A stretch of 64,000 nt of DNA from Nostoc sp. (lineage in GTDB: Bacteria; Cyanobacteriota; Cyanobacteriia; Cyanobacteriales; Nostocaceae): positions 1 through 64,000 of the forward strand of contig JBALDB010000001.1 in the NCBI GenBank assembly GCA_036918135.1. The letters run 5' to 3'. Below are positions 52,296-63,213 of the stretch, one piece after another. The position numbers and the translations under genes are program-made. The notes below the pieces were generated by a model that made no database searches, was not told the DNA's origin, and saw nothing but the letters and a program-made list of their open reading frames with translations. Position 1 is the stretch's first letter; every line of letters begins with the position of its first letter.

Positions 52296-52684
52296 GATTT
52301 CTTAAGATCGGGAACCGCGAATGTCACAGTTTCGCTAGTGATTACTTTGTGCGTGGGGTCAGCTAGTTCAATCAACACCTTGTGCACGCCAGGTTCCAGT
52401 CCGACCAGGATAATCGTTTCGCCACTGGCATCAACAAAGTGCCACGGCGCGTCATCAACGGTGATGTGGATATGCCCAATGCGCGGCGATACGTCGAGGG
52501 CACCTTTGCCAAACACTGGCAACACACGCAAATTCTCCGTCCGGTACTGGATAAAGACGCGTCCCTGTGCTAACGGTTCGGGAAGCGGTGGATCGACAAT
52601 CAGCTTGGGTGGTGCTTCGTTTGCGATCGCAATCAACGGTGATGGTCCGATAATGTCCCTAGCACTCGGTGTGTGGCTGTTCAT
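52292..52684 (-). CDS. DUF6130-like protein
   Basis: KLIVDPPLPEPLAQG...SPRIGHIHITVDDAPWH...HKVLIELADPTH. Confidence 0.75.
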   Translation of the reverse strand: MNSHTPSARDIIGPSPLIAIANEAPPKLIVDPPLPEPLAQGRVFIQYRTENLRVLPVFGKGALDVSPRIGHIHITVDDAPWHFVDASGETIILVGLEPGVHKVLIELADPTHKVITSETVTFAVPDLKKS

Positions 52685-52849
52685 AGCGGGTAAGTATCTG
52701 AAAGTGGTTTATATAACTATCCCTTTGCAGGTGAACAAGTGCACAGTCATAGCTTTGAAGAAGCGATCGACGTTTCTTCGATGTGAATTCCCAGACTGCA
52801 AATGCAAATGCTTTAGTATCTTCCTCGATTGTGACAAGTCGTGCATAAA

Positions 52850-53902
52850 CTAATAACCATCGACTTCAACAATAGCTTGGGCAAAGCTCTGTGGGGCTTC
52901 TTGGGGTAAATTGTGACCGATACCGCCTTTGATCAGTCGGTGTGTGTACTTACCGGAGAATTTTTTAGCATAGGATGAAGCATCTGGATGCGGTGCTCCA
53001 TTGGCATCACCTTCAAGCGTGATTGTGGGCACGGTGATGACTGGGGCTTCGGCGAGCCGCTTTTCCAGAGCATCATATTTCGGTTCGCCTTTAGCCAATC
53101 CGAGTCGCCAGCGGTAGTTATGGATGACGATGCTGACGTGATCTGGGTTGTTGAAGGACGCGGCGCTGCGCTCGAACGTGGCATCATCGAAGTCCCACTT
53201 TGGCGATGCAATCTGCCAAATGAGCTTGGCAAAATCGTGTCGGTATTTGTCGTAGCCTACCCGGCCGCGTTCCGTAGCAAAATAATATTGGTACCACCAT
53301 TGAAGCTCAGCCTTCGGCGGCAACGGCATCTTGCCGGATTCCTGGCTGCCGATCAGATAACCGCTCACCGAGACAAGCGCCTTGCAGCGTTCAGACCAGT
53401 GCGCTGCGATAATGTCAGCCGTCCGTGCGCCCCAATCGTAACCAGCGAGGATCGCCTTCTCGATTTTGAGCACATCCATCAAAGCGATGATATCAACCGC
53501 AATCGCTGACTGCTGACCATTTCGGACTGTTTCACTTGAAAGAAAGTGCGTCGTGCCATAGCCGCGCAGATACGGGACGATCGCCCGATAACCTGCTGAT
53601 GCCAGCAAAGGCGCGACATCGATATAGCTGTGAATGTCGTAGGGCCAGCCATGCAAGAGGATGACCGGACGACCAGTTGCAGAACCAGCTTCAGCGTATC
53701 CAATATTCAGAACACCGACATCGATTTGTCTCAGTGGTCCGAGGGATGTGTTCGTCCCTAGTTTAATTGTGGGCAGAACTGCTGGTTTTGGTTTGCTAGA
53801 TTGTGCGTTTGCAGAACCGAATCTGCCTAACTGGGCAGTAGCAATAGTTACTGCCGTAGCACCCAAAAAGCGGCGGCGATGATAGTTGATTCTTTCAGAC
53901 AT
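52850..53902 (-). CDS. Tat-exported alpha/beta hydrolase (epoxide hydrolase-like)
   Basis: RRRFLG signal, LHGWP, GYDWGA, GHNLPQEAP. Confidence 0.9.
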   Translation of the reverse strand: MSERINYHRRRFLGATAVTIATAQLGRFGSANAQSSKPKPAVLPTIKLGTNTSLGPLRQIDVGVLNIGYAEAGSATGRPVILLHGWPYDIHSYIDVAPLLASAGYRAIVPYLRGYGTTHFLSSETVRNGQQSAIAVDIIALMDVLKIEKAILAGYDWGARTADIIAAHWSERCKALVSVSGYLIGSQESGKMPLPPKAELQWWYQYYFATERGRVGYDKYRHDFAKLIWQIASPKWDFDDATFERSAASFNNPDHVSIVIHNYRWRLGLAKGEPKYDALEKRLAEAPVITVPTITLEGDANGAPHPDASSYAKKFSGKYTHRLIKGGIGHNLPQEAPQSFAQAIVEVDGY

Positions 53903-54060
53903 TTGTTAACCCAAATCTAACGAGTCTATCTCGATGTGCGACAACAATTTCACAGACAGTTCTTTCTTTAATCCAGGGTTAGCTTCGGATGTGCTGCCTG
54001 ACATCTCGGTGTCACAAAACCTGCTGAAACTCACGATGTTGGCTAACGTACCTTCGGCAT

Positions 54061-54585
54061 TCAAGGCGCATAATGCGTAAAGACAAAGTCGCCAGCTTTG
54101 ACGATCGCGTGGCACGAGAAGCAGCTGTTGACCGCCACGTTGGTGGGTTTGCCGTCGTTAAATTGAGTGAACCCCCAGCCGGCGGTCGAGGCGTATTTTC
54201 TTGAGTCCTTGACCATAAACTGAACCCCTCCCTTGGTGGGTGGTCCAGCTACGTAAGATTGGAGACGGCCAAAGGCTTCTTTGCTTTCCTCCAATGGGAC
54301 ATAACTCCAGGCGAGTCGGGCAATGATTGTGCCGTCTGGGAAGGGAAGTTTCCCTTCCCGGTATGCCTCGATCGCTACGTCGTTGCCCAATTTGGCGCGC
54401 AGATCGTTGAGGTCGCCTTTTTCGCGGGCTACGGAGATCAATGTCCAGTCGCGGTATCCGGGGGGGATTTTACCTCCGAAGACCGGGGCGGTCTGTCCAT
54501 CAGCGGGTTGAGAGGGGGGAACCATGCAGACAACCACGCTGGCCACCATTACAACTACAACTAGTAATAAAGCGATCCGTCTCAT
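54061..54585 (-). CDS. Cytochrome P460/c'-beta family protein
   Basis: IPPGYRDW, FPDGTII, QFMVKDS...GWGF, C-terminal CFSCH, DFVFT. Confidence 0.85.
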   Translation of the reverse strand: MRRIALLLVVVVMVASVVVCMVPPSQPADGQTAPVFGGKIPPGYRDWTLISVAREKGDLNDLRAKLGNDVAIEAYREGKLPFPDGTIIARLAWSYVPLEESKEAFGRLQSYVAGPPTKGGVQFMVKDSRKYASTAGWGFTQFNDGKPTNVAVNSCFSCHAIVKAGDFVFTHYAP

Positions 54586-54639
54586 ACAGTGCCTTTTTCA
54601 AATATGCGCTATTGAAATTACCTCATCGAGAATGATAAG

Positions 54640-54830
54640 AAAATCCAGAGATAGGGCAGACGCAAAGACTCTTACTCAATTTTTTAGCTCTTTGCGTCAC
54701 CCTACCCTTCGGGAACGCTAAGAGCGAACGGGTTCGGCAGTGACGCTCGAAGACTCGCTACCGCTTCGCTAACGCAACCGACGGAAACCGCCAGGACTGC
54801 GACTGCGACTGCCTCACCGCGTCTTTCCCT
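54640..54830. repeat. Nested small dispersed repeat cluster
   Basis: GACGCAAAGA...TCTTTGCGTC hairpin, followed by GC-rich 20-25 nt units (CCCTTCGGGAACGC, GACGCTCGAAGACTCGCTACCGCTTCGCTAAC). Confidence 0.65.
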
Positions 54831-54839
54831 CTTTGCAGC

Positions 54840-55835
54840 CTATTGCAGATGTTTCTTCAATTCAGCGGCAGCTTGAACAAACAGAGAACGGACTTCTGGC
54901 AGATCGGCTAAACCATTGAGCAGTCCAAAGTCATGAATCATGCCGTTGTACTGCACCGCTGTCACCGCTACCCCAGCTTCATCCAACTTACGTGCATACG
55001 CTGTGCCTTCGTCATGCAAAATATCGCTCTCTGCAATCACAATTAACGCTGGAGGCAAGCCCTTCAGTTGCTCAACCGTTGCCTGTAGGGGAGAGGCATA
55101 GATGTCTTTGCGCTTTTCTGGGTCAGCGATGTACATGTCATACATCCACTTCATCGTGGGTACGGTTAGGAACCGCTTGTCCCCAAATTGATGATAAGAA
55201 TTCGTTTCAAAATCCGCATCGACGATCGGCCACATCATGATTTGTAGCTTGATGTGTGGTCCTCCGTTTTCTTTCGCCTTCAAAGTAGTGACCGCTGTCA
55301 TATTTCCACCAACACTGTTGCCAACGACTGCCAGATTCTTGCCATCTACGCCAATCTCCTCACCATGCTCGGCAACCCATTTGGTCGCAGCAAAAATCTC
55401 ATTGATTGCCTGTGGGTACTGAGCATCTGGCGTGCGAGTGTAGTTTACGAAGACACCTGCAAACCCTGAAAGTACAACCAGATTGCGAACCATGCGCTTG
55501 TGTGTTGGGTAATCACCCAGCACCCAACCACCACCATGAATAAAGATGAAAACAGGCAATGTGCCTTTGACCCCTTCAGGTCGTACAATATTGAGGGTAA
55601 TTGAATAACCATCAGCAGTAATTGTCTTTTCAGACTCTTCAATGCCTGAAAGGTCTACTGAAACGGAAGCCTGTGCATCCACAAGAACTTGACGCGCATC
55701 GACTGGAGTGAGTTTCTCCAGTGCCACATCCGCTGAATTTAGCTCTTTCAAAAATTCCTTCGTTCCTTTGGAAAGACGTGGATCGTCCGCAACTTCCAGA
55801 ATTTTTGCTGGTTGCGAGTTTGCTTGAGAAACCAT
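54840..55835 (-). CDS. HSL-family esterase/lipase
   Basis: HGGGWVLG, GNSVGG, DILHDEG, GMIHDF. Confidence 0.92.
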   Translation of the reverse strand: MVSQANSQPAKILEVADDPRLSKGTKEFLKELNSADVALEKLTPVDARQVLVDAQASVSVDLSGIEESEKTITADGYSITLNIVRPEGVKGTLPVFIFIHGGGWVLGDYPTHKRMVRNLVVLSGFAGVFVNYTRTPDAQYPQAINEIFAATKWVAEHGEEIGVDGKNLAVVGNSVGGNMTAVTTLKAKENGGPHIKLQIMMWPIVDADFETNSYHQFGDKRFLTVPTMKWMYDMYIADPEKRKDIYASPLQATVEQLKGLPPALIVIAESDILHDEGTAYARKLDEAGVAVTAVQYNGMIHDFGLLNGLADLPEVRSLFVQAAAELKKHLQ

Positions 55836-55898
55836 GACATTCTCCTTTAATGAATTGTAAACAATCTACTGTTAAGTTAATTGATTTAACACTGCTGC

Positions 55899-55940
55899 TC
55901 GATCAGTAGTAATTGTAGAATGACAATTACTACTGATCGA
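55899..55940. terminator. Perfect 18-bp inverted repeat between genes
   Basis: TCGATCAGTAGTAATTGT-AGAATG-ACAATTACTACTGATCGA. Confidence 0.6.
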
Positions 55941-55959
55941 CATCGTTTCCCAGCCAAAA

Positions 55960-56852
55960 CTATTTGTTACTAGTGGTTAGCTTGGTGTTCTCTGCAACGT
56001 GAGTGGTCAAAAAGCGACGAATATGGTCTGCGATCGCATCCCCATCTTCTTCCAGAGCAAAATGCCCCGTATCAAACAAATGAAACTCCAGGTTTTTTAA
56101 GTCGCGTTTGTAGGCATAAGCTCCCTCGACTAAAAAGCCCTGGTCATTTTTACCCCATACAATCAGCGTCGGTGGTTGATATTGGCGCAAATAAGCTTGC
56201 CATTGTGGATATAACTGTACATTGGACTGGTAGTCGTATTTTAATGCCAATTGAATATCCATATTGCCAGGGCGATCGAGGAGTGCCTGATCCAAAGTCC
56301 AGGTATCGGGACTGAGGTTTTCTAGATTCCTGGCTCCAGTGATGTAATGCCATTTCGTGCCCTTGGTTGCCAAAGCCTGTCGCACGCGATCGCTATTTTC
56401 GGGTGTCTTATTCTGCCAAAAAGCGCGCATGGGCTTCCAGAAATCACCGAGTCCCTCCTCGTAGGCATTGGCATTTTGCACAATCAGCGTCTCAATCCGC
56501 TCTGGATACTGTGTTGCCAATCGATAGCCAATCGGAGCGCCATAATCCATTAAATAAAGTAAAGGCTATAGCGTTTCAATCCGATCGCATCGACAAAGCC
56601 TGCTATCACTTCGGCAAGGCGATCGAAGGTGTAATCAAACTCATCCACCGTTGGCATGGAACTATAGCCAAAACCAGGATAATCAGGTGCAATCAGATGG
56701 AATTGATCCGCTAACGCCGGAATTAGATTGCGGAACATGTGGGACGAGGTTGGAAAGCCGTGCAATAGCAGAATCGTGGGATTATCACGAGAACCAGCTT
56801 CGCGATAAAAGATATCTAAACCATCGATTGATACTGTGCGATAAGCGGTCAT
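55960..56852 (-). pseudogene. Alpha/beta hydrolase paralog, frameshifted
   Basis: Co-linear with 56953-57822; a CTTTA duplication at ~56555-56564 breaks YSLY-x-MDYGAP. Confidence 0.85.
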
Positions 56853-56952
56853 GCGTTTACTCTTTTGAATTCAAATCGTTCAACAGAATCAGAAATAGTT
56901 TCTCCTGTTTATTCAAAGGTTTATACCTGGAATAATCCATCATTTCCACCGA

Positions 56953-57822
56953 TCAAGTGAGAACGGATTGCAGTCGTGATGTGAGAAATTGCTCGATATA
57001 GTTTGCGATCGCATCCCCTTCCTCTTCCAAAGCAAAATGTCCGGTATCGAGTAGATGGAACTCAACATCTTTCAAGTCACGCTGGTAAGGATAAGCACCG
57101 TCAGCAGGAAAGATGTAGTCGTTCTTGCCCCAAACAATCAAGGTAGGGGGTTGATACTGGCGAAAATACTCCTGCCATTGGGGATAGAGCGGTGGATTGG
57201 TGCCATAGCTATAAAACAGCGCCAGTTGAATCTCTTCGTTTCCGGGACGATCGAGGAAATGTTGATCCACCGTCCAGGTATCGGGGCCGATCGCTTCTAG
57301 ATTGCGAACACCGTTGGTATATTGCCACTTCGTTGCTTCCAGAGTAAAAAGATATTTGAGCTTTTGGGCATTCTCAGGCGATCGCTCTTGCCAGTATGCC
57401 TTTATCGGTTCCCAAAATTCACGTAGCCCTTCCTCGTAGGCATTGCCATTTTGAACAATCAGAGTTTGCACTCGTTCTGGATATTTAGCCGCAATGCGAT
57501 AGCCAATGGGTGCCCCATAATCCATCACATAAAGGCTGTATTTTTTGAGAGCGATCGCAGCAATGAATTTCTCTACAATCTCAGCCAAGCGATCGAACGT
57601 GTAATCAAACTCATTTACAGTTGGCATCGAACTGTTGCCGTAGCCAGGGTAGTCAGGAGCAACCAGATGAAACTTATCAGCAAGTGCTGGTATGAGATTA
57701 CGGAACATGTGAGACGACGTTGGGAAGCCGTGTAATAGCAAAATTGTGGGATTATCACGGGAACCCGCTTCGCGGTAGAAGATGTCTAAACCATCGATAG
57801 AAACGGTGCGATATGTAGTCAT
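56953..57822 (-). CDS. Alpha/beta hydrolase
   Basis: [31 protein letters not shown]. Confidence 0.92.
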   Translation of the reverse strand: MTTYRTVSIDGLDIFYREAGSRDNPTILLLHGFPTSSHMFRNLIPALADKFHLVAPDYPGYGNSSMPTVNEFDYTFDRLAEIVEKFIAAIALKKYSLYVMDYGAPIGYRIAAKYPERVQTLIVQNGNAYEEGLREFWEPIKAYWQERSPENAQKLKYLFTLEATKWQYTNGVRNLEAIGPDTWTVDQHFLDRPGNEEIQLALFYSYGTNPPLYPQWQEYFRQYQPPTLIVWGKNDYIFPADGAYPYQRDLKDVEFHLLDTGHFALEEEGDAIANYIEQFLTSRLQSVLT

Positions 57823-57983
57823 CGGATTACTCCTTGTTCAAAATGAAGTTGTACGTTACAATGCAAGGTCAAATTGTCACTCAATAAAACCGGGCATTAA
57901 GCGATATTTCTAAATTGAAAATCAATGATTACTCGTTCAGCTGAATCAGAAACAGGTGAAGACGTTTGTGCAAAACCTCACAT

Positions 57984-59183
57984 CTAATCATGGTGATGAT
58001 GATGGTGGTGAGAGTGCGCCATTGCACGTTCAGGATGATTGATCATCCGCAGCATATCAGGTCCACCAGTCTGAAGAAAACGTCGCAACAGAATTGCTGT
58101 CCAGATCAAAAATAGAATGTTCAGTACCGTTGTGTAGTTGAAGTGAATGCTAGCCTCTAACACTTGGGCATTTCGTTGCGACGGGATCAGATGTAACGTT
58201 TGAAAAAGCAATTCGATGATCAAGGCGGCGCTTGCAATTGCGGCATAAAAGGTTACTAGCAAAAACACACTCATTTTCATCCCGTAGTATTTACGGTAAA
58301 TGTCAAGAATTGGCAACACAATCAGGTCAGCAAAGATAAATGCTACTACGCCACCAAAGCTAATGCCACCGTTCCACAGCACTGCTGCTAAAGGCACGTT
58401 ACCGACCGAACAAACAAATGAGACAATCGCTACAATTGGACCCACAATCGCTCCCCAAATTGCGGCTAAGATTGGGTGGTCAGACAAGAAAAAAGCTTTC
58501 CAAAAATCTTTTGGCACCCAAATATCTAATGCTCCAGCAATCAGCAATCCAAGCAGAATGTCTTGCCAGACCGAAGCCCAATCCATCACAAAGTATTGAC
58601 TGATAGCGGTGAATCCCTGACGGGAGAAAATGCGCTGCCAAAGCGAACCCTCTGTGACTGACATATCCATATCAGCATGACCTTCCATCCTGCCTTGCAA
58701 TCCCTGCTCTGCCCGTCGTACTGCTTTCTGTACCAGCTTTGGCTTCAGAAAGAGGCGAAACAGCCAAACAAGAATTGCAATCATCAAACATCCACCAATA
58801 AACTCAGCAAGGGTGAATTGCCAACCCATCAGCAATACAAGAAGGATACCAAGCTCAATCACTAGATTGGTCGAGGCAAATTGAAAGACCATCGCCGCAG
58901 TAAAATTGCCTCCCTTACGAACAATGGATCGGGCGATCGCAACTGCTGCATAGGAGCAGGATGACGAGGCCGCACCCAAACCACAGGCTCTTGCGATCGA
59001 TCCAGTGGTATCATCGGGCATGAGCCGTACCATTTCAGACTTTGATACCACAGCCTGAATAATCGCGGATAGGGTAAATCCCAGAATTAATGCCCACAAA
59101 ATCTCCCAAAACATGTTGAACGCCATCCAGAGAGCATGAGCGATCGCGCCGATCGGATCTGTAAACAGATTAATAGTGTCCAT
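57984..59183 (-). CDS. DUF318/ArsP-like permease with His-rich tail
   Basis: SSSCSYAA, FVCSVGNVPLA, C-terminal HSHHHHHHD. Confidence 0.85.
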   Translation of the reverse strand: MDTINLFTDPIGAIAHALWMAFNMFWEILWALILGFTLSAIIQAVVSKSEMVRLMPDDTTGSIARACGLGAASSSCSYAAVAIARSIVRKGGNFTAAMVFQFASTNLVIELGILLVLLMGWQFTLAEFIGGCLMIAILVWLFRLFLKPKLVQKAVRRAEQGLQGRMEGHADMDMSVTEGSLWQRIFSRQGFTAISQYFVMDWASVWQDILLGLLIAGALDIWVPKDFWKAFFLSDHPILAAIWGAIVGPIVAIVSFVCSVGNVPLAAVLWNGGISFGGVVAFIFADLIVLPILDIYRKYYGMKMSVFLLVTFYAAIASAALIIELLFQTLHLIPSQRNAQVLEASIHFNYTTVLNILFLIWTAILLRRFLQTGGPDMLRMINHPERAMAHSHHHHHHHD

Positions 59184-59243
59184 AGTTTGTCGGTCGATGA
59201 TAGTGAAATGCGATTGTTCATTTGGGTCGATCTATCTCACATC

Positions 59244-59882
59244 CTAATGGCGGATCTGCTCCTGGAAATAATCTCGCCAACTTGCAGGTAACGCTTCTAG
59301 TTGCGCGGCACGATGCAGTAACTCTGGGTTGTTTTGCTCGCGCATATAAAGCTGAATGATATTAGCAACAGTAACATTGTTGTCATCCCGGCTAATCAAC
59401 TCTAAAGTGTCTCCGACTCCAACTTCGCCCTCTTGCAAAACCCGAAAGTAAAATCCGCTGCGACGACTGGCGATAAATCGTTTCACCATATCCGATCGCC
59501 CAAAGCGAATCCCCAGTTTGTAGCAGGGTAAGCGCGGTTGAGTCACCATTAGTTCCACGCTGCCGATTTTGAAGCGATCGCCAATGTTCAATTCTTCTTC
59601 TCTCAATCCAATGACTGTGAAATTTTCGCCAAAGATACCAAGTGTTAACTCTGTGTCAGGCAATTCACTTTGCCAATACTCATAATGTTCAAAAGGATAG
59701 ACATAAACGGCTTTGTCAACTCCGCCATGAACGGTGAGATCTGCTTGTCGATCGCCATCTAAATTGAGTTCACGCACCATCACTCTCGCATTAACTGGCT
59801 CTTTGAAAATTCCAGTGCGGACGGGTTTTCCTTTCCAGGTCACTTCACGCGGAAGTCCTACGTTGACAGAGATGAGTTTCAT
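59244..59882 (-). CDS. MOSC domain protein (YiiM-like)
   Basis: TGIFK, HGGVDKAVY, FGENFT, QPRLPCYKL. Confidence 0.9.
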   Translation of the reverse strand: MKLISVNVGLPREVTWKGKPVRTGIFKEPVNARVMVRELNLDGDRQADLTVHGGVDKAVYVYPFEHYEYWQSELPDTELTLGIFGENFTVIGLREEELNIGDRFKIGSVELMVTQPRLPCYKLGIRFGRSDMVKRFIASRRSGFYFRVLQEGEVGVGDTLELISRDDNNVTVANIIQLYMREQNNPELLHRAAQLEALPASWRDYFQEQIRH

Positions 59883-59956
59883 CTTTAGCTCCAAAGTTTT
59901 GAATTGCATTCAATTACGGCAGCCAACATGGGATATCGAAAAAATGAATGAGTTGT

Positions 59957-60279
59957 TTATTGGAGTGCTTGATTGATTAAAGGTGTAATGACAGCGATGT
60001 TTTTAACCAACTCATCAAAGAGAGAGAACCGCTGTTTTAAGTAATCAGAATCGTTGTAACTCAGCCACACCTTGCCGTCAGCCGCTTCCCATGCCAGTAC
60101 TTTCAGGGGTAAATCCAGAGCGATCATCGGTTCTGCCACCATGAGCGGTGTTCCGACTTCAGGGTTGCCAAATAACAATAACTGTGTTACACGTAAGCTG
60201 AGTCCAACTTTTTTAGCTTCAGCTCGTTGATCGATGCGGGCAAAAATGGTGATGCCTTTTGTCTGAAGGATAGCTTCTA
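59957..60279 (-). pseudogene. DUF302 gene, 3' part (interrupted by insertion)
   Basis: EAILQTKGITIFARID...FGNPEVGTPLM...ALDLPLKVLAWE. Confidence 0.85.
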
Positions 60280-61186
60280 TAGCGTTTCCTAGTCTACTGA
60301 GGTACTGTAACAGCAGTGGGTAAACCAACCGCGAGTATCATCTAGAGATACCAGTGAAAACGCTTGTTCAATTGCTTTGGCTAAGTCAGGATAATTTCTA
60401 GCACCGATGGAACGCAGCAAGCTTTTAATCTTCGACCAACAGTTTTCTATCGCAGAGAAATCAGGAGAATAGGGTGGAAGATAAACCAGTTTTGCGTCTG
60501 CTGCTGTAATCAAGGCTGCAATCTCTCGTCCTCAAACCGTTGCTGACGCTCTTTGGAGAGACCTTCACCAACCTTGACAGGCTGCACTGAACAGAAAAGC
60601 GCTGGTCCAACAGGTTTCGTACTAGGCTCATAGATTGCTTCTCCGGTCTTGATTTGATAAATCTCGTGATAAAAAGCTACTCCCTTGCCGGTGTTATCTA
60701 CCAGCCAGTTCCACCAGCGTGAGTGAGGTAGCTGGCGTGCCCAATGACCCAAATCGTTGTAAGAACGCCAGTATTGCATGAGCAACCGCCCTTCAGGTGT
60801 AGTCATCGGACGATTAAGGAACAGTCCTTCGGCTTTTGCTGTCTCCAAAGCTGGAAATATTTCCTCTTGAATACCACTATCCTCATAGAGACGTTGCCCT
60901 GCTTCAGTGTAAAACTGAACACCAAAGAATGCCAGGCATAAGTTTGGGTGTTCCCAGAGTGCAGCAATGTATGCACTGTCGGCTGGTGGTTCAGTCAGAG
61001 GAATACCACTATTATGTTCTTCTATTGGCATAAGATTGCCTCCTGTTTTGTTACAAAAACCAAAATATCTATTGACTAGTGCATAACCTCAACTAGAGCG
61101 CTTCCTGTGCTGGTGAAGTATACCAAAACTTCACATCTAAATCCTTTCAACTTTGAGGGTGTAACTCATCTGCTCGATAACTGCTA
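60280..61186 (-). mobile_element. IS630-derived non-autonomous cassette with a passenger gene
   Basis: Ends TAGCGTTTCCTAGTCTACTGAGGTAC and GTAACTCATCTGCTCGATAACTGCTA, flanked by TA; transposase C-terminus YLPPYSPDFSAIENCWSKIK at 60289-60530. Confidence 0.85.
60510..61031 (-). CDS. DUF4188/aldoxime-dehydratase-like protein (passenger gene)
   Basis: LMQYWRSYNDLGHWARQLPHSRWW...VAFYHEIY...GEAIY; RBS AGGAGG; C-terminus runs into IS sequence. Confidence 0.7.
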   Translation of the reverse strand: MPIEEHNSGIPLTEPPADSAYIAALWEHPNLCLAFFGVQFYTEAGQRLYEDSGIQEEIFPALETAKAEGLFLNRPMTTPEGRLLMQYWRSYNDLGHWARQLPHSRWWNWLVDNTGKGVAFYHEIYQIKTGEAIYEPSTKPVGPALFCSVQPVKVGEGLSKERQQRFEDERLQP

Positions 61187-61250
61187 TAAACGATTGATGG
61201 TTTCGGTTACTGAATATGGGCTGACTAATGATGCCTTTATTTGCATTCAT
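61187..61250 (-). pseudogene. DUF302 gene, 5' part
   Basis: GAGGAG RBS, then MNANKGIISQP / YSVTETINRL, with a small frameshift. Confidence 0.75.
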
Positions 61251-61298
61251 AGCACCGAACTCCTCAACGGTTTTGGTGATGGATATTTTTAGGGCACT

Positions 61299-62048
61299 TC
61301 AAATCTGTGCCATACCACCATCAACAAACAGCTCGATGCCGTTCACAAAGCTGCTGTCGGCTGAAGCGAGAAAGACAACGGCTTTGGCAATCTCATCAGG
61401 TGTGCCGACTCGTCCCAGTGGGATGGCGCTGGCTTGGCTGTCCACAAATTCTTGCAACTGCTGGTCATTCAGTCCCAAAAGATCGTAACCAGGAGTCGGA
61501 ACCACACCAGGGCTAATGGCATTCACTCGGATCTTGCGTTCTCTAAGGTCGAGTATCCAATTCCGAGCAAACGATCGCACGGCGGCTTTGGTAGCGCTGT
61601 AAACACTGAAAGCTGGCGTACCTTTTATAGAAGTAGTCGAAGCATTCAGGATAATAGAAGCGCCCTCTGGCAACAGTGGCAGTGCCTTTTGTACAGTGAA
61701 TAGCAAACCTTTAACGTTTATGTTGAATGTTTTGTCAAAGTGTTCCTCAGTGATTGCTCCAAGTGGGGCAATTTCTCCACCGCCAGCATTAGCGAAGATG
61801 ATATCGAGGTGTCCTTGCTCTTGCTTAATGGTGGCAAACAGGCGATCGAGGTCTGCCAGATTAGAAACATCGCTTTGCACAGCCGTAACATTTTTACCAA
61901 TGGCTTCTACAGCAGCATCCAGTTCGGCTTGGCGACGACCCGTGATGAAGACATAAGCACCTTCAGCAACAAACTGTTTGGCTGTAGCAAGACCGATACC
62001 ACTGTTACCACCCGTAATCAGGGCGATTTTTCCTTCTAGTTTTCCCAT
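61299..62048 (-). CDS. Short-chain dehydrogenase/reductase
   Basis: [27 protein letters not shown]. Confidence 0.95.
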   Translation of the reverse strand: MGKLEGKIALITGGNSGIGLATAKQFVAEGAYVFITGRRQAELDAAVEAIGKNVTAVQSDVSNLADLDRLFATIKQEQGHLDIIFANAGGGEIAPLGAITEEHFDKTFNINVKGLLFTVQKALPLLPEGASIILNASTTSIKGTPAFSVYSATKAAVRSFARNWILDLRERKIRVNAISPGVVPTPGYDLLGLNDQQLQEFVDSQASAIPLGRVGTPDEIAKAVVFLASADSSFVNGIELFVDGGMAQI

Positions 62049-62292
62049 TATGCGCGAATCCTTTGATTATTGTAGTTTAAAGTGGAATGGCACGCTTGTT
62101 AAGCGTAAATTTTTGGTATTCTTGTCTTTGGGGTGTGGGGAATTAAGAAGATGTTAAATTCCTTAACGCAGGCTGTACTTAGCCCACAGGCTTTAGCAAT
62201 TAAGCGGCGTTGCGCCAACTTTCGGGTAACGCTTCAAGTTAAGTAGTGCTCAAATCTGTGCCATACCGCCATCAACAAATAGCTGCTAACCC

Positions 62293-62736
62293 CTATCCTT
62301 CATAGAAATAGTCCGGCTGGATCTTGCCCTTAAGACGTTCGCGCATCTCAATCGAGAAGCGAAGCACTGCACCGAGGGGACGATGATGGATAGCAATATG
62401 GACAATTAAACCATCTGGGTTCTTGATGAGTATTGTCACACCAGAAAGAGACTGTCCACCGAACGCTTTCGCATCCCACTCCAGATATGTTTGCTGAGCG
62501 CTCTCGACTTGATGAGTGAAAGTCAGCGCTTCGTAAACTTTACTGGCGGTAGACATAACACTTTTTACGCAATCCCGCCCCTCGATTGGGCGGACAAGTA
62601 CACTGGCTTCAAGAGTAACGTTGTCGGCAAAAGCGTCCGCAAATGAGCTTTCCAACTTATCAGCGAAGGCTTGAGTCCATTTCTGGCTGGGTTGTAGCAC
62701 AAGCCCACTCTGATTTATCTGAGTTGTTGTAGACAT
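62293..62736 (-). CDS. SnoaL/NTF2-like protein
   Basis: FADNVTLEASVL..PIEGR...YLEW...GVTIL...IHHRPL. Confidence 0.75.
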   Translation of the reverse strand: MSTTTQINQSGLVLQPSQKWTQAFADKLESSFADAFADNVTLEASVLVRPIEGRDCVKSVMSTASKVYEALTFTHQVESAQQTYLEWDAKAFGGQSLSGVTILIKNPDGLIVHIAIHHRPLGAVLRFSIEMRERLKGKIQPDYFYEG

Positions 62737-62781
62737 GGCTATTTCTCCACAATGCGAGGCTTACTGAACACTAACTAATCT

Positions 62782-63213
62782 CTAAGGGAGATCTCCAGGC
62801 GCACCCAGAATTTCGTCGCCAATTTCGGTAGAGATGCGATTGAACAATTCCATGTCAGGTGCCTCATTCTGGTTTTGCGTCCCTGTTGCTTCAATTAGTT
62901 GAGCAAAGGCACTGGGTGCAGCAACGACTAACCCGCGAGCTGGTTGATCGCTGAGTGCAGCAACAACATGGGGTGTGCCCATCGGAATGAAGGCACTTTC
63001 ACCTACGCCTAGCACAACCTTATTCTTACCAACCCAGACAGTAAACTCTCCTTCCAACACATAAAGTTGTTCGGAATAGCGTGTATGGCGATGGGGTGGA
63101 GTCTGTGCACCAGGAGGAAAATAGCCCTCAATCAGGTCATATTTACCCTCAGTTGTGGTGCGATCGGCGAGGATGGTAAGGTAGTTATTAAGAAGCCAGA
63201 ATGATTTTGTCAT
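62782..63213 (-). CDS. Cupin domain protein
   Basis: PPHRHTRYSEQLYVLEGE...IPMGTPH. Confidence 0.88.
   Translation of the reverse strand: MTKSFWLLNNYLTILADRTTTEGKYDLIEGYFPPGAQTPPHRHTRYSEQLYVLEGEFTVWVGKNKVVLGVGESAFIPMGTPHVVAALSDQPARGLVVAAPSAFAQLIEATGTQNQNEAPDMELFNRISTEIGDEILGAPGDLP

Noticed and set aside
59957..60328. ORF-track start for the DUF302 gene at 60328
   Set aside because: The first ~16 codons are IS630 end sequence. The true start is at 61250.
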